Translations under genes and position numbers: made by a program
Assembly: GCF_001194135.2 (NCBI RefSeq)
Contig: NC_068985.1
Coordinates: 89,145,070-89,186,314, forward strand
Source of the DNA: Octopus bimaculoides
Taxonomy: Eukaryota
DNA length: 41,245 nt
Direction: 5' to 3'
Notes under the pieces: generated by a model
Told to the model about the DNA's origin: nothing
The model's database searches: none
The model's input: only the letters and a program-made list of their open reading frames with translations
Shown here: piece by piece, positions 11,420 to 22,729 of the stretch
Numbering within the stretch: position 1 is the stretch's first letter
How the letters are laid out: each line of letters opens with the position of its first letter

Positions 11420-13295
11420 GTATGTAAAAATACTTCGTTTTATTATTTTCATAGCAAGATTATTTATTTGAATTCGTGTGTTAAAACAAATCTTGTGTCT
11501 TGGTCATTATACCATGAATAATAACACACACACGCTGCCTGTGTTATTATTGGCAAAAAAACCGTCTCAAGATAGACAAAATATGTAAGAATATACATAT
11601 CGGATTCTATTTAAAATAGTTTGCTTTCCTTAGATAAAATAATTTATCTTGAACTAGCAATCGCATTCTGTTAATAGTATGGTTCTACCAACGATACTTT
11701 TCCAGAGCACAGGACGTAGAATGGAATTTTGGATATCGACAAAGTATTCTAAAAGTACAAAAAAGCGACAAATGAAATATGTGAATCACAGATGGAAGAC
11801 ATGTTGAATTATTTTGCTCTCCTATATGTTCAGTGTCTCTGCTTGTCTGTGTATATGCTTCTATGTGTGGACAGGCTCGCTATTATATTTGCATGAATAT
11901 ATATATTCATACATACATCCATGCACACTTGTGTATATGAGCATATTTATGTATATACATATACATATATATATANNNNNNNNNNNNNNNNNNNNNNNNN
12001 NNNNNNNNNNNNNNNNNNNNNNNNNNNNNNNNNNNNNNNNNNNNNNNNNNNNNNNNNNNNNNNNNNNNNNNNNNNNNNNNNNNNNNNNNNNNNNNNNNNN
12101 NNNNNNNNNNNNNNNNNNNNNNNNNNNNNNNNNNNNNNNNNNNNNNNNNNNNNNNNNNNNNNNNNNNNNNNNNNNNNNNNNNNNNNNNNNNNNNNNNNNN
12201 NNNNNNNNNNNNNNNNNNNNNNNNNNNNNNNNNNNNNNNNNNNNNNNNNNNNNNNNNNNNNNNNNNNNNNNNNNNNNNNNNNNNNNNNNNNNNNNNNNNN
12301 NNNNNNNNNNNNNNNNNNNNNNNNNNNNNNNNNNNNNNNNNNNNNNNNNNNNNNNNNNNNNNNNNNNNNNNNNNNNNNNNNNNNNNNNNNNNNNNNNNNN
12401 NNNNNNNNNNNNNNNNNNNNNNNNNNNNNNNNNNNNNNNNNNNNNNNNNNNNNNNNNNNNNNNNNNNNNNNNNNNNNNNNNNNNNNNNNNNNNNNNNNNN
12501 NNNNNNNNNNNNNNNNNNNNNNNNNNNNNNNNNNNNNNNNNNNNNNNNNNNNNNNNNNNNNNNNNNNNNNNNNNNNNNNNNNNNNNNNNNNNNNNNNNNN
12601 NNNNNNNNNNNNNNNNNNNNNNNNNNNNNNNNNNNNNNNNNNNNNNNNNNNNNNNNNNNNNNNNNNNNNNNNNNNTATATATATATATATATGGGTTACA
12701 TATTCATGAACGCACAAACGTGTCACATAATGTGAATTACATATATACATACACACAGACGTACAGACAGACAGACCTTCACATGCACACATGCACAAGT
12801 ATATATGTACTAATCATGCAGAATGGAAGGATAGATGCAAGGGTGACGGTTGTACATAAACATCATTAATATTTTTTTTTCTCCACCAGTTTAGCAAGCC
12901 TGAATAACTTAATATGCAGTTGACTGGTTTCGCCAGCAGAACTTTAATTGTATGGGTTATATTTTTGTCATTGTGCTATATGATTTAGAAAAACAATGTT
13001 TCTTTTATAGAACTTCAGAACAAATTTGACAGGATAGTTTAGTAGGTAGAAACAGTAATATGCATACTCCATTTCCCATAGGCAATTATTTATGTACCTA
13101 GCCATGGAAAAATTTTGAGAACTAAAAAACAACGTTACATGGTGTACAAGAAAAACATGACATGTAGAAGGCAATATGCTTCCAGTAGTATAATGAATCA
13201 TATGTACGCATACGGGAACAGATATTCAACTCCTCTATCTGTCTCTCTCTGTATGTCTCTCTCTCTCTCACACAAACACACACAANNNNNNNNNN

Positions 13296-13341
<46 letters not shown>

Positions 13342-13509
13342 AGAGTGCATGTACAATTGCTCAGAAATATAAGTTTTTCTGTGTCTATATTTGTGTGTTT
13401 AGTTTAGAAATCATGTGTAACTATAATACTCTTGAACTTGTATGCCTGTGTGCATGTGCAAATGATGATTTATACATGCATACATACATACATACATATA
13501 CATCCATAT

Positions 13510-13553
<44 letters not shown>

Positions 13554-14618
13554 NNNNNNNNNNNNNNNNNNNNNNNNNNNNNNNNNNNNNNNNNNNNNNN
13601 NNNNNNNNNNNNNNNNNNNNNNNNNNNNNNNNNNNNNNNNNNNNNNNNNNNNNNNNNNNNNNNNNNNNNNNNNNNNNNNNNNNNNNNNNNNNNNNNNNNN
13701 NNNNNNNNNNNNNNNNNNNNNNNNNNNNNNNNNNNNNNNNNNNNNNNNNNNNNNNNNNNNNNNNNNNNNNNNNNNNNNNNNNNNNNNNNNNNNNNNNNNN
13801 NNNNNNNNNNNNNNNNNNNNNNNNNNNNNNNNNNNNNNNNNNNNNNNNNNNNNNNNNNNNNNNNNNNNNNNNNNNNNNNNNNNNNNNNNNNNNNNNNNNN
13901 NNNNNNNNNNNNNNNNNNNNNNNNNNNNNNNNNNNNNNNNNNNNNNNNNNNNNNNNNNNNNNNNNNNNNNNNNNNNNNNNNNNNNNNNNNNNNNNNNNNN
14001 NNNNNNNNNNNNNNNNNNNNNNNNNNNNNNNNNNNNNNNNNNNNNNNNNNNNNNNNNNNNNNNNNNNNNNNNNNNNNNATATATATATATGTATGTATGT
14101 ATATACGTATATATATATGCGTATATAATTATGTATATACACGTGCACCTATAAATATATATGCGCATGCGTGCTTGGAGGGGGGGGGGGGCTTTTGTGT
14201 GCTTGTACGTGCGTGCGTGCGTGAATGTGAGTGTAGGTGTGTGTGTTCGTGCGTTTGTGCATGAATTTTGGGGATAAACAATATTAAGACAACGGAGATG
14301 CATCAAATTGGGTAAAAACTTCTGCTGTCATTAGAATTTAAATTCAGAATAATTATTGATGAAACTATAATTCCACACTATACACAAATGCGTAGGAAAT
14401 TTCACATTTTGCTCATATATCAACACACACACAAAACACACACATACACACACACTCACACACAAGCGCATATATATACTTACATATGTGCTGCTGTGCG
14501 CTTGATTGTTTGTATACATACATATATATGTGTGTGTCAGTGTGTGTCTGTGAGTGTCTGAGTGTGTATCTGTGTGTGTGAGTGTGTGTGTGTGTGTATG
14601 TGTATGTGTGTGTGTGTC

Positions 14619-14965
14619 GAGGCGCTATGGCGCAGTGTTTGTAGGAACACTGTTTCGATTCCCAAACCGGGCGTTGTGAGTGTTTATTGACTCCTAAACT
14701 TCCGCGACGCTCTGGTAGAGGGTGAACACGGTTGAACTCTTTCACCACAACTTTCTATCACTCTTTCTTCTTGTTTCTGTTGTACCTGTATTTGAAAGGG
14801 CCAGCCTTGTCACACTCTGTTGCACGCTGAATCTCCCCGAGAACTGTGTTAAGAGTACACATTTCTGTGGGGTGCTCAGCCACTTGTATGTTAATTTCCT
14901 GAGCAGGCCATTCCGTTGATCTGATCAACTGGAACTCTCGTCGTCGTAACCGACGGAGTTCGACT
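14619..14965 (+). mobile_element. tRNA-derived SINE, near full length, flanked by (GT)n
   Basis: A-box-like tggcgcagtg at 14628 and B-box-like gtttcgattccc at 14652-14663. The body is homologous to 1570-1880. Confidence 0.75.
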
Positions 14966-14975
14966 ATGTGTGTGT

Positions 14976-15014
<39 letters not shown>

Positions 15015-15796
15015 GTGTGTGTATGTGTGTGTGTGTAGTTTAAAAGGCGGAATAAGAAATGTCCGAAATGCATCATCCCTAGTATCCCCGATGCCAAACG
15101 TTCGACTTCTCACAGGGACGCGCTATACATTGTTGAGATACTGAATGAAATGTCTGTATCTGCATATCGACGTATTCTTCTGTTCATTTTAAATGTAAAC
15201 TTCTATAATATATTTACAGTTCGTGTCGTTAAAACAATTCCTTAATAGGACATGTGGTGAATAAAATGTGTGTGTTCCCTCCGTCTTAGTTACAGCATAC
15301 CAATTTGTTATATACATATATATGTATAGACACAAAGATACGCATACAAACACACACACACACACACACACACANNNNNNNNNNNNNNNNNNNNNNNNNN
15401 NNNNNNNNNNNNNNNNNNNNNNNNNNNNNNNNNNNNNNNNNNNNNNNNNNNNNNNNNNNNNNNNNNNNNNNNNNNNNNNNNNNNNNNNNNNNNNNNNNNN
15501 NNNNNNNNNNNNNNNNNNNNNNNNNNNNNNNNNNNNNNNNNNNNNNNNNNNNNNNNNNNNNNNNNNNNNNNNNNNNNNNNNNNNNNNNNNNNNNNNNNNN
15601 NNNNNNNNNNNNNNNNNNNNNNNNNNNNNNNNNNNNNNNNNNNNNNNNNNNNNNNNNNNNNNNNNNNNNNNNNNNNNNNNNNNNNNNNNNNNNNNNNNNN
15701 NNNNNNNNNNNNNNNNNNNNNNNNNNNNNATACATACCTCCCTTATATGTATATATATGCATATTCATTTATACATTTATGGAGAGATAATGTGTG

Positions 15797-15797
15797 T

Positions 15798-15856
<59 letters not shown>
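15797..15856. repeat. (GATA)n microsatellite
   Basis: Direct reading. Confidence 0.97.
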
Positions 15857-16424
15857 GTGTAAACGAAGGAAGAAGAAATGGCTTGTGCCATCCTGATGTC
15901 TTTGTTTCAAAAAGGAAGTTAGATAACATCATCATGCTAAACTTGAAAATATTCTGGTTTCCAGAATTTCGAGGTAAATTCTCGAAAACTAGATTACCGT
16001 CAAAATGTGTCCTTCGAAACACAGAGTTGCGGGACACTTGCATGCCATCTACACAAACAGAAATGATGCATATCCAAGAGGTGTGTATTAGAGATGCACA
16101 TCTGCGATGCACGCACATATCGGATGAATGCTTACGAGAGAATATATTTTTATGCCGAAGAACCAGTAAAATATGTAATGTACCATGAGCAGGGACGAAA
16201 TTTCTATATGTTACATAGACACTCTTGTAGCGCTAGTCAAGTTTCTCATAATTCCAGCATGGCCGCAGTCAGATTACTGAAACAAATAAAAAATGAATGA
16301 ATAAATAAATGAATAGCCTTATATTGCGATAGCTCTTTGTAAACTATCATGAGGTACAAAAAAAAAGAAATGATTATATAGAATGGACAGAGATATTGTA
16401 ATACTAGCATTGCATAACACTCAC

Positions 16425-16482
16425 CGTACACAATGATACGACATATGTTACTTTATAGTGCTGTATATCTTTAAGAAGTTGA
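16425..16482 (-). CDS. Candidate 58-nt exon (QLLKDIQHYKVTYVVSLCT), possibly from an ANL/acyl-CoA synthetase-like gene
   Basis: Acceptor gattttctcacag and donor ACG|gtgagt. One open frame, phase-compatible with 17338-17437. Confidence 0.3.
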
Positions 16483-17337
16483 CTGTGAGAAAATCTCGTA
16501 TGATACATTCGTTCATAGCTAACATAGCTGCAAGCTGTAATCTAATATTGTTTGACATGAAACTAACAGTGAAACGGATATTAGATATAAGTTTCACAAG
16601 CTAATAACTGGGAATTGCATAAGTTATCTTGAAGACGAGTCAGTCGTTATGAATATGAATTATTTATAGTTATTAGCTATACACGAGGACGAACACTAAA
16701 CGTTAGATATTTAAGAATATTTTTCTTATGTATTTGCCAAAGAAGGAAGGTTACAATCATGGGATATTTCAGGGTATCATAGACTTCTAGTGGTACGTAT
16801 CAATTTGCACAGACAAGTGATTTTCACGATTACAGCAGGGTGGATCTAACTACAAGCACCCAAAATATTACGCAACATTCTTAACCCGAATATGATCGAA
16901 ATCATTTACATCAAGAGGTTATTTTCCACACTTCCTATGATGCATGATGCGCCCTGTATTTTAAGCACACTACCCCTACAACAAGCATAAATACAATCTA
17001 TCATAATCCACATTCATAATCACGCATTCATTCGTTAAATTGTCAAACAACTGATAAAAAGGAAGTGAAATTGAATCTGTGTATGTGTTTTTATTTATAT
17101 AATGACCTTCCCGTTATAAAAAATGTTTCAGTACACGAGTTCAAATGAAGAACCTTGAAAGCCAAATATAAAATAAGATATCTTAAACTTTAGCCGAGCT
17201 AGAAACACTGTGATGGACAATGTGCCGCGCTGTCAAAAGATATGAACCTTCTGACAGTTTCGCTTAATAAGAGAATACAGAGACTCCAGGTTCTACATAA
17301 TCAACATCAAGTTGGTGGTAAGAAAGTGCAAACTCAC

Positions 17338-17437
17338 GAAGCATCCAGTGGAAAATTTAAAACTACAACTCTGGAGTAGAGAAGACATGTGATCGATAAG
17401 GTCGCGTATGGCGATGAATGTTTACTGACAAACCTAT
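17338..17437 (-). CDS. Candidate 100-nt exon (RFVSKHSSPYATLSITCLLYSRVVVLNFPLDA)
   Basis: Acceptor atcaatccctcag and donor TTC|gtgagt. It ends in phase 2 and joins 16425-16482 in frame across an 855-nt intron. Confidence 0.27.
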
Positions 17438-18091
17438 CTGAGGGATTGATTGACTAAACGATTAATCAAGCAATTGAGGAAGAAATGAAATTAAAGTGAC
17501 ATGGAATAAGTGTGCGTGTATATAATTAACATTTTAACCATCCTGAGACACAACGAATTATTTTTCAGCATAAGAGTTCACGTCCACAGTCTTTTCCAAA
17601 AAGTTATTTTAAAAATCACGAAATACTTATTTCACAATTTTCGTTCATTGTTTATAAAACTTGCGAAAGCTATTGAACCATCGGTGTTACAAATCACTGC
17701 AGTCTTAAATAATTTTAAGCACAATTTCTCAATTCAGATATCATAATTTTTGATTAAGTAGATGTCACGTATGGGAGCAAGTTTTAATAATTTAGTTACG
17801 CTTTGAAAAACACCGAAACATCTTGTAATGACGTGCTTGCGCTGCTGGATATGACACATTTGTTTTCCTCGGGACGTTTTACACACACACGGACATATAC
17901 ACGCTTAATCTTAAACGCATACGCAGAAGCAGAAGCATACACGCTGGCACGCGCATATATACATACACGCACACATTTTAAATACAGAAAAATAACAATT
18001 TTAGAGCTCGATCAAGATTGATTACACATAAATACGCACAACATACATGAATACATACATACATACATACACACAAACACACATACACACA

Positions 18092-18145
<54 letters not shown>

Positions 18146-18288
18146 NNNNNNNNNNNNNNNNNNNNNNNNNNNNNNNNNNNNNNNNNNNNNNNNNNNNNNN
18201 NNNNNNNNNNNNNNNNNNNNNNTATACATACATATATACAAATATATCAACATACGCCTATAATCATAAAAGAAAACATAAATATATA

Positions 18289-19438
18289 TACAAGGCTCAG
18301 CTGAAAAGTTCATGGGCTGAGCAAAATATTTTCGTAGAATGTGAGTAAATGAAATTAATTTTTACACATAATTCAACTTGTGGTTCATACACTTCGGTGT
18401 TTACAGTGTCTCGATCTCATTGGTGAAGAAGTTTTCCTACTATTGGTAAAAAAAAAATAATAAACGAGAAATATGACTTCATCATCACTGCGATACTGCT
18501 TCCCATCCAATATTATGAGGGAACAAGGAGAACATATGATAAAAGGGAGTAGGGTTAGAGCAGTAGAATAGATTAGGTGGTCAACCAACTCAAGGATACA
18601 CTCAGACACAGCAACTATTGGAGTCAGGCCCTTATGCGCTGCAGTATTGTCATCGTGAAACAAGATGCCTTTGGTCACTTTCGTAAATATCTCAGCATGT
18701 TGGAGTAATACATATCAATGATGGCATGACACTTTTGAACACAGTCAATAAATACAATGCCTTTTACATCCCCAAAATCTAGGGCCATCATTTTCCCTGC
18801 AAATGAAACGACTTTCAACTTATTTGGAGCCGGTTAAGATGGCTGTATTCACTGTATTATTTATTTATTTTTTTTGTCTGTGTCTCTGATGCAAAGCGAG
18901 GAATCCGACGCTCATTCTGAGTAAGGAAGCTTTCAATGCAACTAACTGGATCTGCTTCAAACAATATCAGATTTTCCAGTGATATGACTAGGCAAGGTAA
19001 CTTTTGATTAAGTTTTACAGGAACAGGCAGACATCGAGCAGAAACTTTGTCATTCTAAACCTATTGTACAAAATCTTCTGAGCTAATATTATTAGCTAAT
19101 AACATGCTAATATTATTGCCTATTTAATTTGTAGTCATATGCTAATATGACTATTAATTAAATGCTAATACTATGCTAATATTATTGCCTATTTAATTTA
19201 TAGTCAAACGCCTGTCATCCATCATTTCAGGGTGATTAAGATCAATGTGGTCCATTTTCATGAGAATTCACTAATGCTTCCAGGGGAAGTTTTATTTGAA
19301 CGGTGAGATGCCAGTTTACCTACTATGAACTGTTTACAATAATTAGCAAGATGAGTTCAAATTAATGCAACATAGTTTTAAAAGTTCTAGCGTCCCACCT
19401 TCGTAGTCAGCTTATGAAAGTTTCACCATACCCTCATG
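18289..19438 (-). mobile_element. Mariner transposon relic with both terminal inverted repeats
   Basis: Left TIR 18291-18320 (caaggctcagctgaaaagttcatgggctga, after TA) versus right 19407-19436 matches 20/30 as an inverted repeat. Minus-strand fragments: MDDRRLT, MTKVSARCLP (cf. VSARWVP), LFEADP..FLTQNE (cf. FLTQDE), ILFHDDNTAAHK, ELVDH, GKQYRSDDEVI. Confidence 0.88.
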
Positions 19439-19494
19439 TTATTCATTACATAGAAATAAACTACATTGATCATATGAAACGACATTGACATTAT

Positions 19495-19590
19495 TTCGAC
19501 TGGGTGAGGATGGCTGCAATCACTGTGTGTATTGTGTCATTTTCTCTAGTGCGAAGTGAGGAACCCGACACTCACCATGGATAAGAATAT
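19495..19590 (-). mobile_element. Short mariner transposase fragment of the same family as 18289-19438
   Basis: gatggctgcaatcactg...gcgaagtgaggaacccgacactca parallels gatggctgtattcactg...gcaaagcgaggaatccgacgctca at about 18838-18915. Translates LIHGECRVPHFALE. Confidence 0.65.
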
Positions 19591-20438
19591 TATTATTATT
19601 ACTATGCACAGACACATGTACGCAAACGCATGCATGCCCACTCACACACACACATACACACACTCACACACTCATACACTCACACACCACTATATTTGTC
19701 TGCAAGATTAACGTGTATACACCGTTGAAGTGTATATCGTTGAATTTCGCATTGGTATTATCCACTGTTTGTTTAAATGTGTATCAATATACGTGTAAGT
19801 TAAAAAGCATGTTTTCTAGACAATTAATGTGGTTTTGCTTTGTATATGTTCATGTGATAAAGTATTTTATATTTCTGTATCCTTGTGAACTTTTCACCCC
19901 ACTGTTGCTACAACAAACTTTTACTTCTTCATAACGATTTTTTATGCAATAAAAAATACTTTTTCAGCAACTTCACCAATCATCAATTGTTACAAAAGAA
20001 TTTGCTTTATGTAATGTATACGTATGACTCTCTGGAAATTTGCATGCGCGTGTGTACGTGTGTGGATACGTATACTTATGAATATGTGTGATATTATGTG
20101 TTCACGTTTCTATGCATGTATGAGTAAGAGGGTTTCGCATTATTATACATGTATAAGTACGAACAATTTTGTTTTGCATGTGTGGAATGTATAGATATGT
20201 ATGCATGGTTTTATCCCTGTACGTGTCTCTGTAGGTATATATCTATATATATATCTATATCTATTTATATATATATATAAAGTGAAGTATATTTGCTATT
20301 TAAATGTGGCTGACCCCTAAGGGTGGATGTTACTGTTGCTTTTAGCCCCGGGAGAACATCTCCTGCAGCTGGCTTATCGACACACATGTGTGTCCTGTCT
20401 ATTTTTGCCAAGGGAAGTTATCCCTCCCATCTTGGTCT

Positions 20439-20493
20439 GCGATACGTACGGAGTTTCAGGGTATTTTTCCCTTCTTCAGCGTACAATAATCGC
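20439..20493 (-). ncRNA. Damaged type I hammerhead ribozyme copy (helix III and cleavage triad region deleted)
   Basis: Reverse complement reads GCGAU UAU UGUACG CUGAAGA AGGG AAAAAUA CCCU GAAA CUC CGUACG U AUCGC. It lacks 5 nt relative to the + copy. Confidence 0.7.
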
Positions 20494-20725
20494 CGACCTT
20501 CGATGAGAAGGACAATCTCTTGGCCAAATATAAGTCTTTTTCCAGTGAAGTTATTCACTGATATCGAAAAAGTGAAAACAAGCAATGTTAAATTTGTGAA
20601 CGAGGTATTAACAGTAACTGTCCGATAAAGTGAAGTATATTTGCCATTTAAATGTGGCTGACCCCTAAGGGTGGATGTTACCGTTGCTTTTAGCCCCAGG
20701 AGAACATCTCCTCCAGCTGGCTTAT

Positions 20726-20782
20726 CGATTATCGTACGCTGAAGAAGGGATAAAACCCTGAAACTCGGGTCTGTACGTATCG
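20726..20782 (+). ncRNA. Minimal type I hammerhead ribozyme, predicted cleavage after C20771
   Basis: Helix I CGUACG (20733-38)/UGUACG (20772-77); core CUGAAGA (20739-45); helix II AGGG/CCCU with loop AUAAAA; GAAA (20760-63); helix III C-UCGG-G; GUC cleavage triad (20769-71); distal helix I CGAU/AUCG after an internal loop. Confidence 0.85.
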
Positions 20783-21442
20783 CAGACCAAGATGGGAGGG
20801 ATAACTTCCCTTGGTAAAAATATACAGGACACAGATGTGTGTCGATAAGCCAGCTGGAGGAGATGTTCTCCTGGGGCTAAAAGCAACAGTAACATCCACC
20901 CTTAGGGGTCAGCCACATTTAAATGGCAAATATACTTCACTTTATCGTGCAGTTACTGTTAATACCTCGTTCAGANNNNNNNNNNNNNNNNNNNNNNNNN
21001 NNNNNNNNNNNNNNNNNNNNNNNNNNNNNNNNNNNNNNNNNNNNNNNNNNNNNNNNNNNNNNNNNNNNNNNNNNNNNNNNNNNNNNNNNNNNNNNNNNNN
21101 NNNNNNNNNNNNNNNNNNNNNNNNNNNNNNNNNNNNNNNNNNNNNNNNNNNNNNNNNNNNNNNNNNNNNNNNNNNNNNNNNNNNNNNNNNNNNNNNNNNN
21201 NNNNNNNNNNNNNNNNNNNNNNNNNNNNNNNNNNNNNNNNNNNNNNNNNNNNNNNNNNNNNNNNNNNNNNNNNNNNNNNNNNNNNNNNNNNNNNNNNNNN
21301 NNNNNNNNNNNNNNNNNNNNNNNNNNNNNNNNNNNNNNNNNNNNNNNNNNNNNNNNNNNNNNNNNNNNATATATATATATATATATATATTATATATTAT
21401 ATATATATTATATATAATATAGATATATATATATATATGTTG

Positions 21443-21489
<47 letters not shown>

Positions 21490-22069
21490 AAATATGTACG
21501 TGCGTGTATGTATGCTTTCTGTTTATTTGTAAGTCTTCTAATCTACTACGAAAGAAATATAATTAAGTAAAAACCAAACCAAAGGAATATGTCATTAGGA
21601 GATAAAAATTGAAAAGCTATTTCTGCATGCATGCATTTTGTCCACCGCAATTATCCACTGGAATTTTCTGCTAAAAGAAATTCGGTCTCTACTCATACTC
21701 TATTGATATAGCCATTTACATATATATGAACCATATTTAGCGTATATTTTAACGAACTGGCGTCTAGCAACACTCTCCATATCAAGAGGAAAACATACGA
21801 TATTGAATTTAATTTTCATGTTATGACACTCTACCTAAGACCAGTTCAATGGGAAGAAGCTCTCCTTGTGAAGGTTGTAGCTTGGAGGCACTTGAGACGA
21901 CATCAAAATGTTTTGTCTTTCTATCAACGTGGTTAACTACTTATGTGCGTGAGGACACATGTCTAAGAACAGTTATATGTATACATTCATTAAAGTGTAC
22001 TGCTAATTCTATACGTTATTTAAATCTAAATATCATTAATCTTTATTTATAGTTTCGGGCATTGAACTG

Positions 22070-22200
22070 TAACCGATTTCATCGACCCTGAAAAGTTAAA
22101 AGGAATAAGCTGATCTCGGGAGAATTTGAATTCAGAACCTAAGATTCGTAAACATGTCGCTAAAGATTTGTCCCGATTCAATAACGACTGCGCTTCTTCA
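22070..22200 (-). mobile_element. Degenerate SINE, family of 26850-27010
   Basis: ttcatcgaccctgaaaagttaaaagg...atctcgggagaatttgaattcagaac is the reverse-complement counterpart of 26900-26980. Confidence 0.55.
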
Positions 22201-22729
22201 ATGTTTTCGATACTGTTATAATGCTGCCAGCTTCTCATTTGGCATTTGTTTCGGTGTATCTATATGAGAAAGGCAAATACAATTGTATTGGTATTTGATC
22301 TCATATGGAATGTATTTTCAGGAAAATAAACGGGTAACCGTTTTGTCAATGCATCGCATTAATGTTTCCATTATATATTGAAATAATGTATGGATATGCA
22401 CAGTAAAAATAGTAATGAATAAATAACTACGTTAAACAATATTATCATATCGATAAAGAATGCCTAATCTGTGTAGGCATCCAATAATTGTCAATGTTGG
22501 TTCGGAAATCTAAATAATCAAAATATGTAATAATAAAGTAGCATTGCCTCAAATGTCAGCAATGCTTGAATCACGGTTAATGCACAACCACCAGATTCAT
22601 CAAATCGTTTCACTAAACACGACAGTTACTATTGCTAGCTCAAGGCTGAATGGTTAGCGATAAGAGTTGCAGCGTCTGTAAAGAAATTTATTTCACCAAC
22701 AAACCATTATTTCCTGCATGGAAGCTTGG

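Larger units (their letters stand above)
20278..20975. mobile_element. Hammerhead-containing 348-bp repeat array (retrozyme-like or Penelope-like pseudo-LTR): about 1.3 units on -, then an inverted partial unit on + running into a gap
   Basis: agtgaagtatatttgc.atttaaatgtggctgacccctaagggtgg occurs at 20281 and 20629 (period 348). 20727-20974 is the reverse complement of pieces of 20281-20492 and 20597-20728. Flanked by (TA)n on the left and after the gap. Confidence 0.8.

Noticed and set aside
14619-14670. Possible tRNA genes at A/B-box sites (also 8280, 25321, 26850)
   Set aside because: No cloverleaf can be folded and each continues into a SINE body.
15883-16188. 101-aa plus ORF overlapping a 113-aa minus ORF
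   Set aside because: No recognisable motif or convincing splice pair, and part of the minus ORF is (GATA)n. Unresolved rather than disproved.
20899-20910. TTAGGG within the hammerhead repeat unit
   Set aside because: A single hexamer inside a hairpin, not a telomeric array.
20278-20975. Alternative reading as a CRISPR array, MITE or DIRS terminal structure
   Set aside because: No short repeat-spacer pattern, the inverted arms are internal pieces of a tandem unit rather than terminal, and no tyrosine recombinase or RT is nearby.
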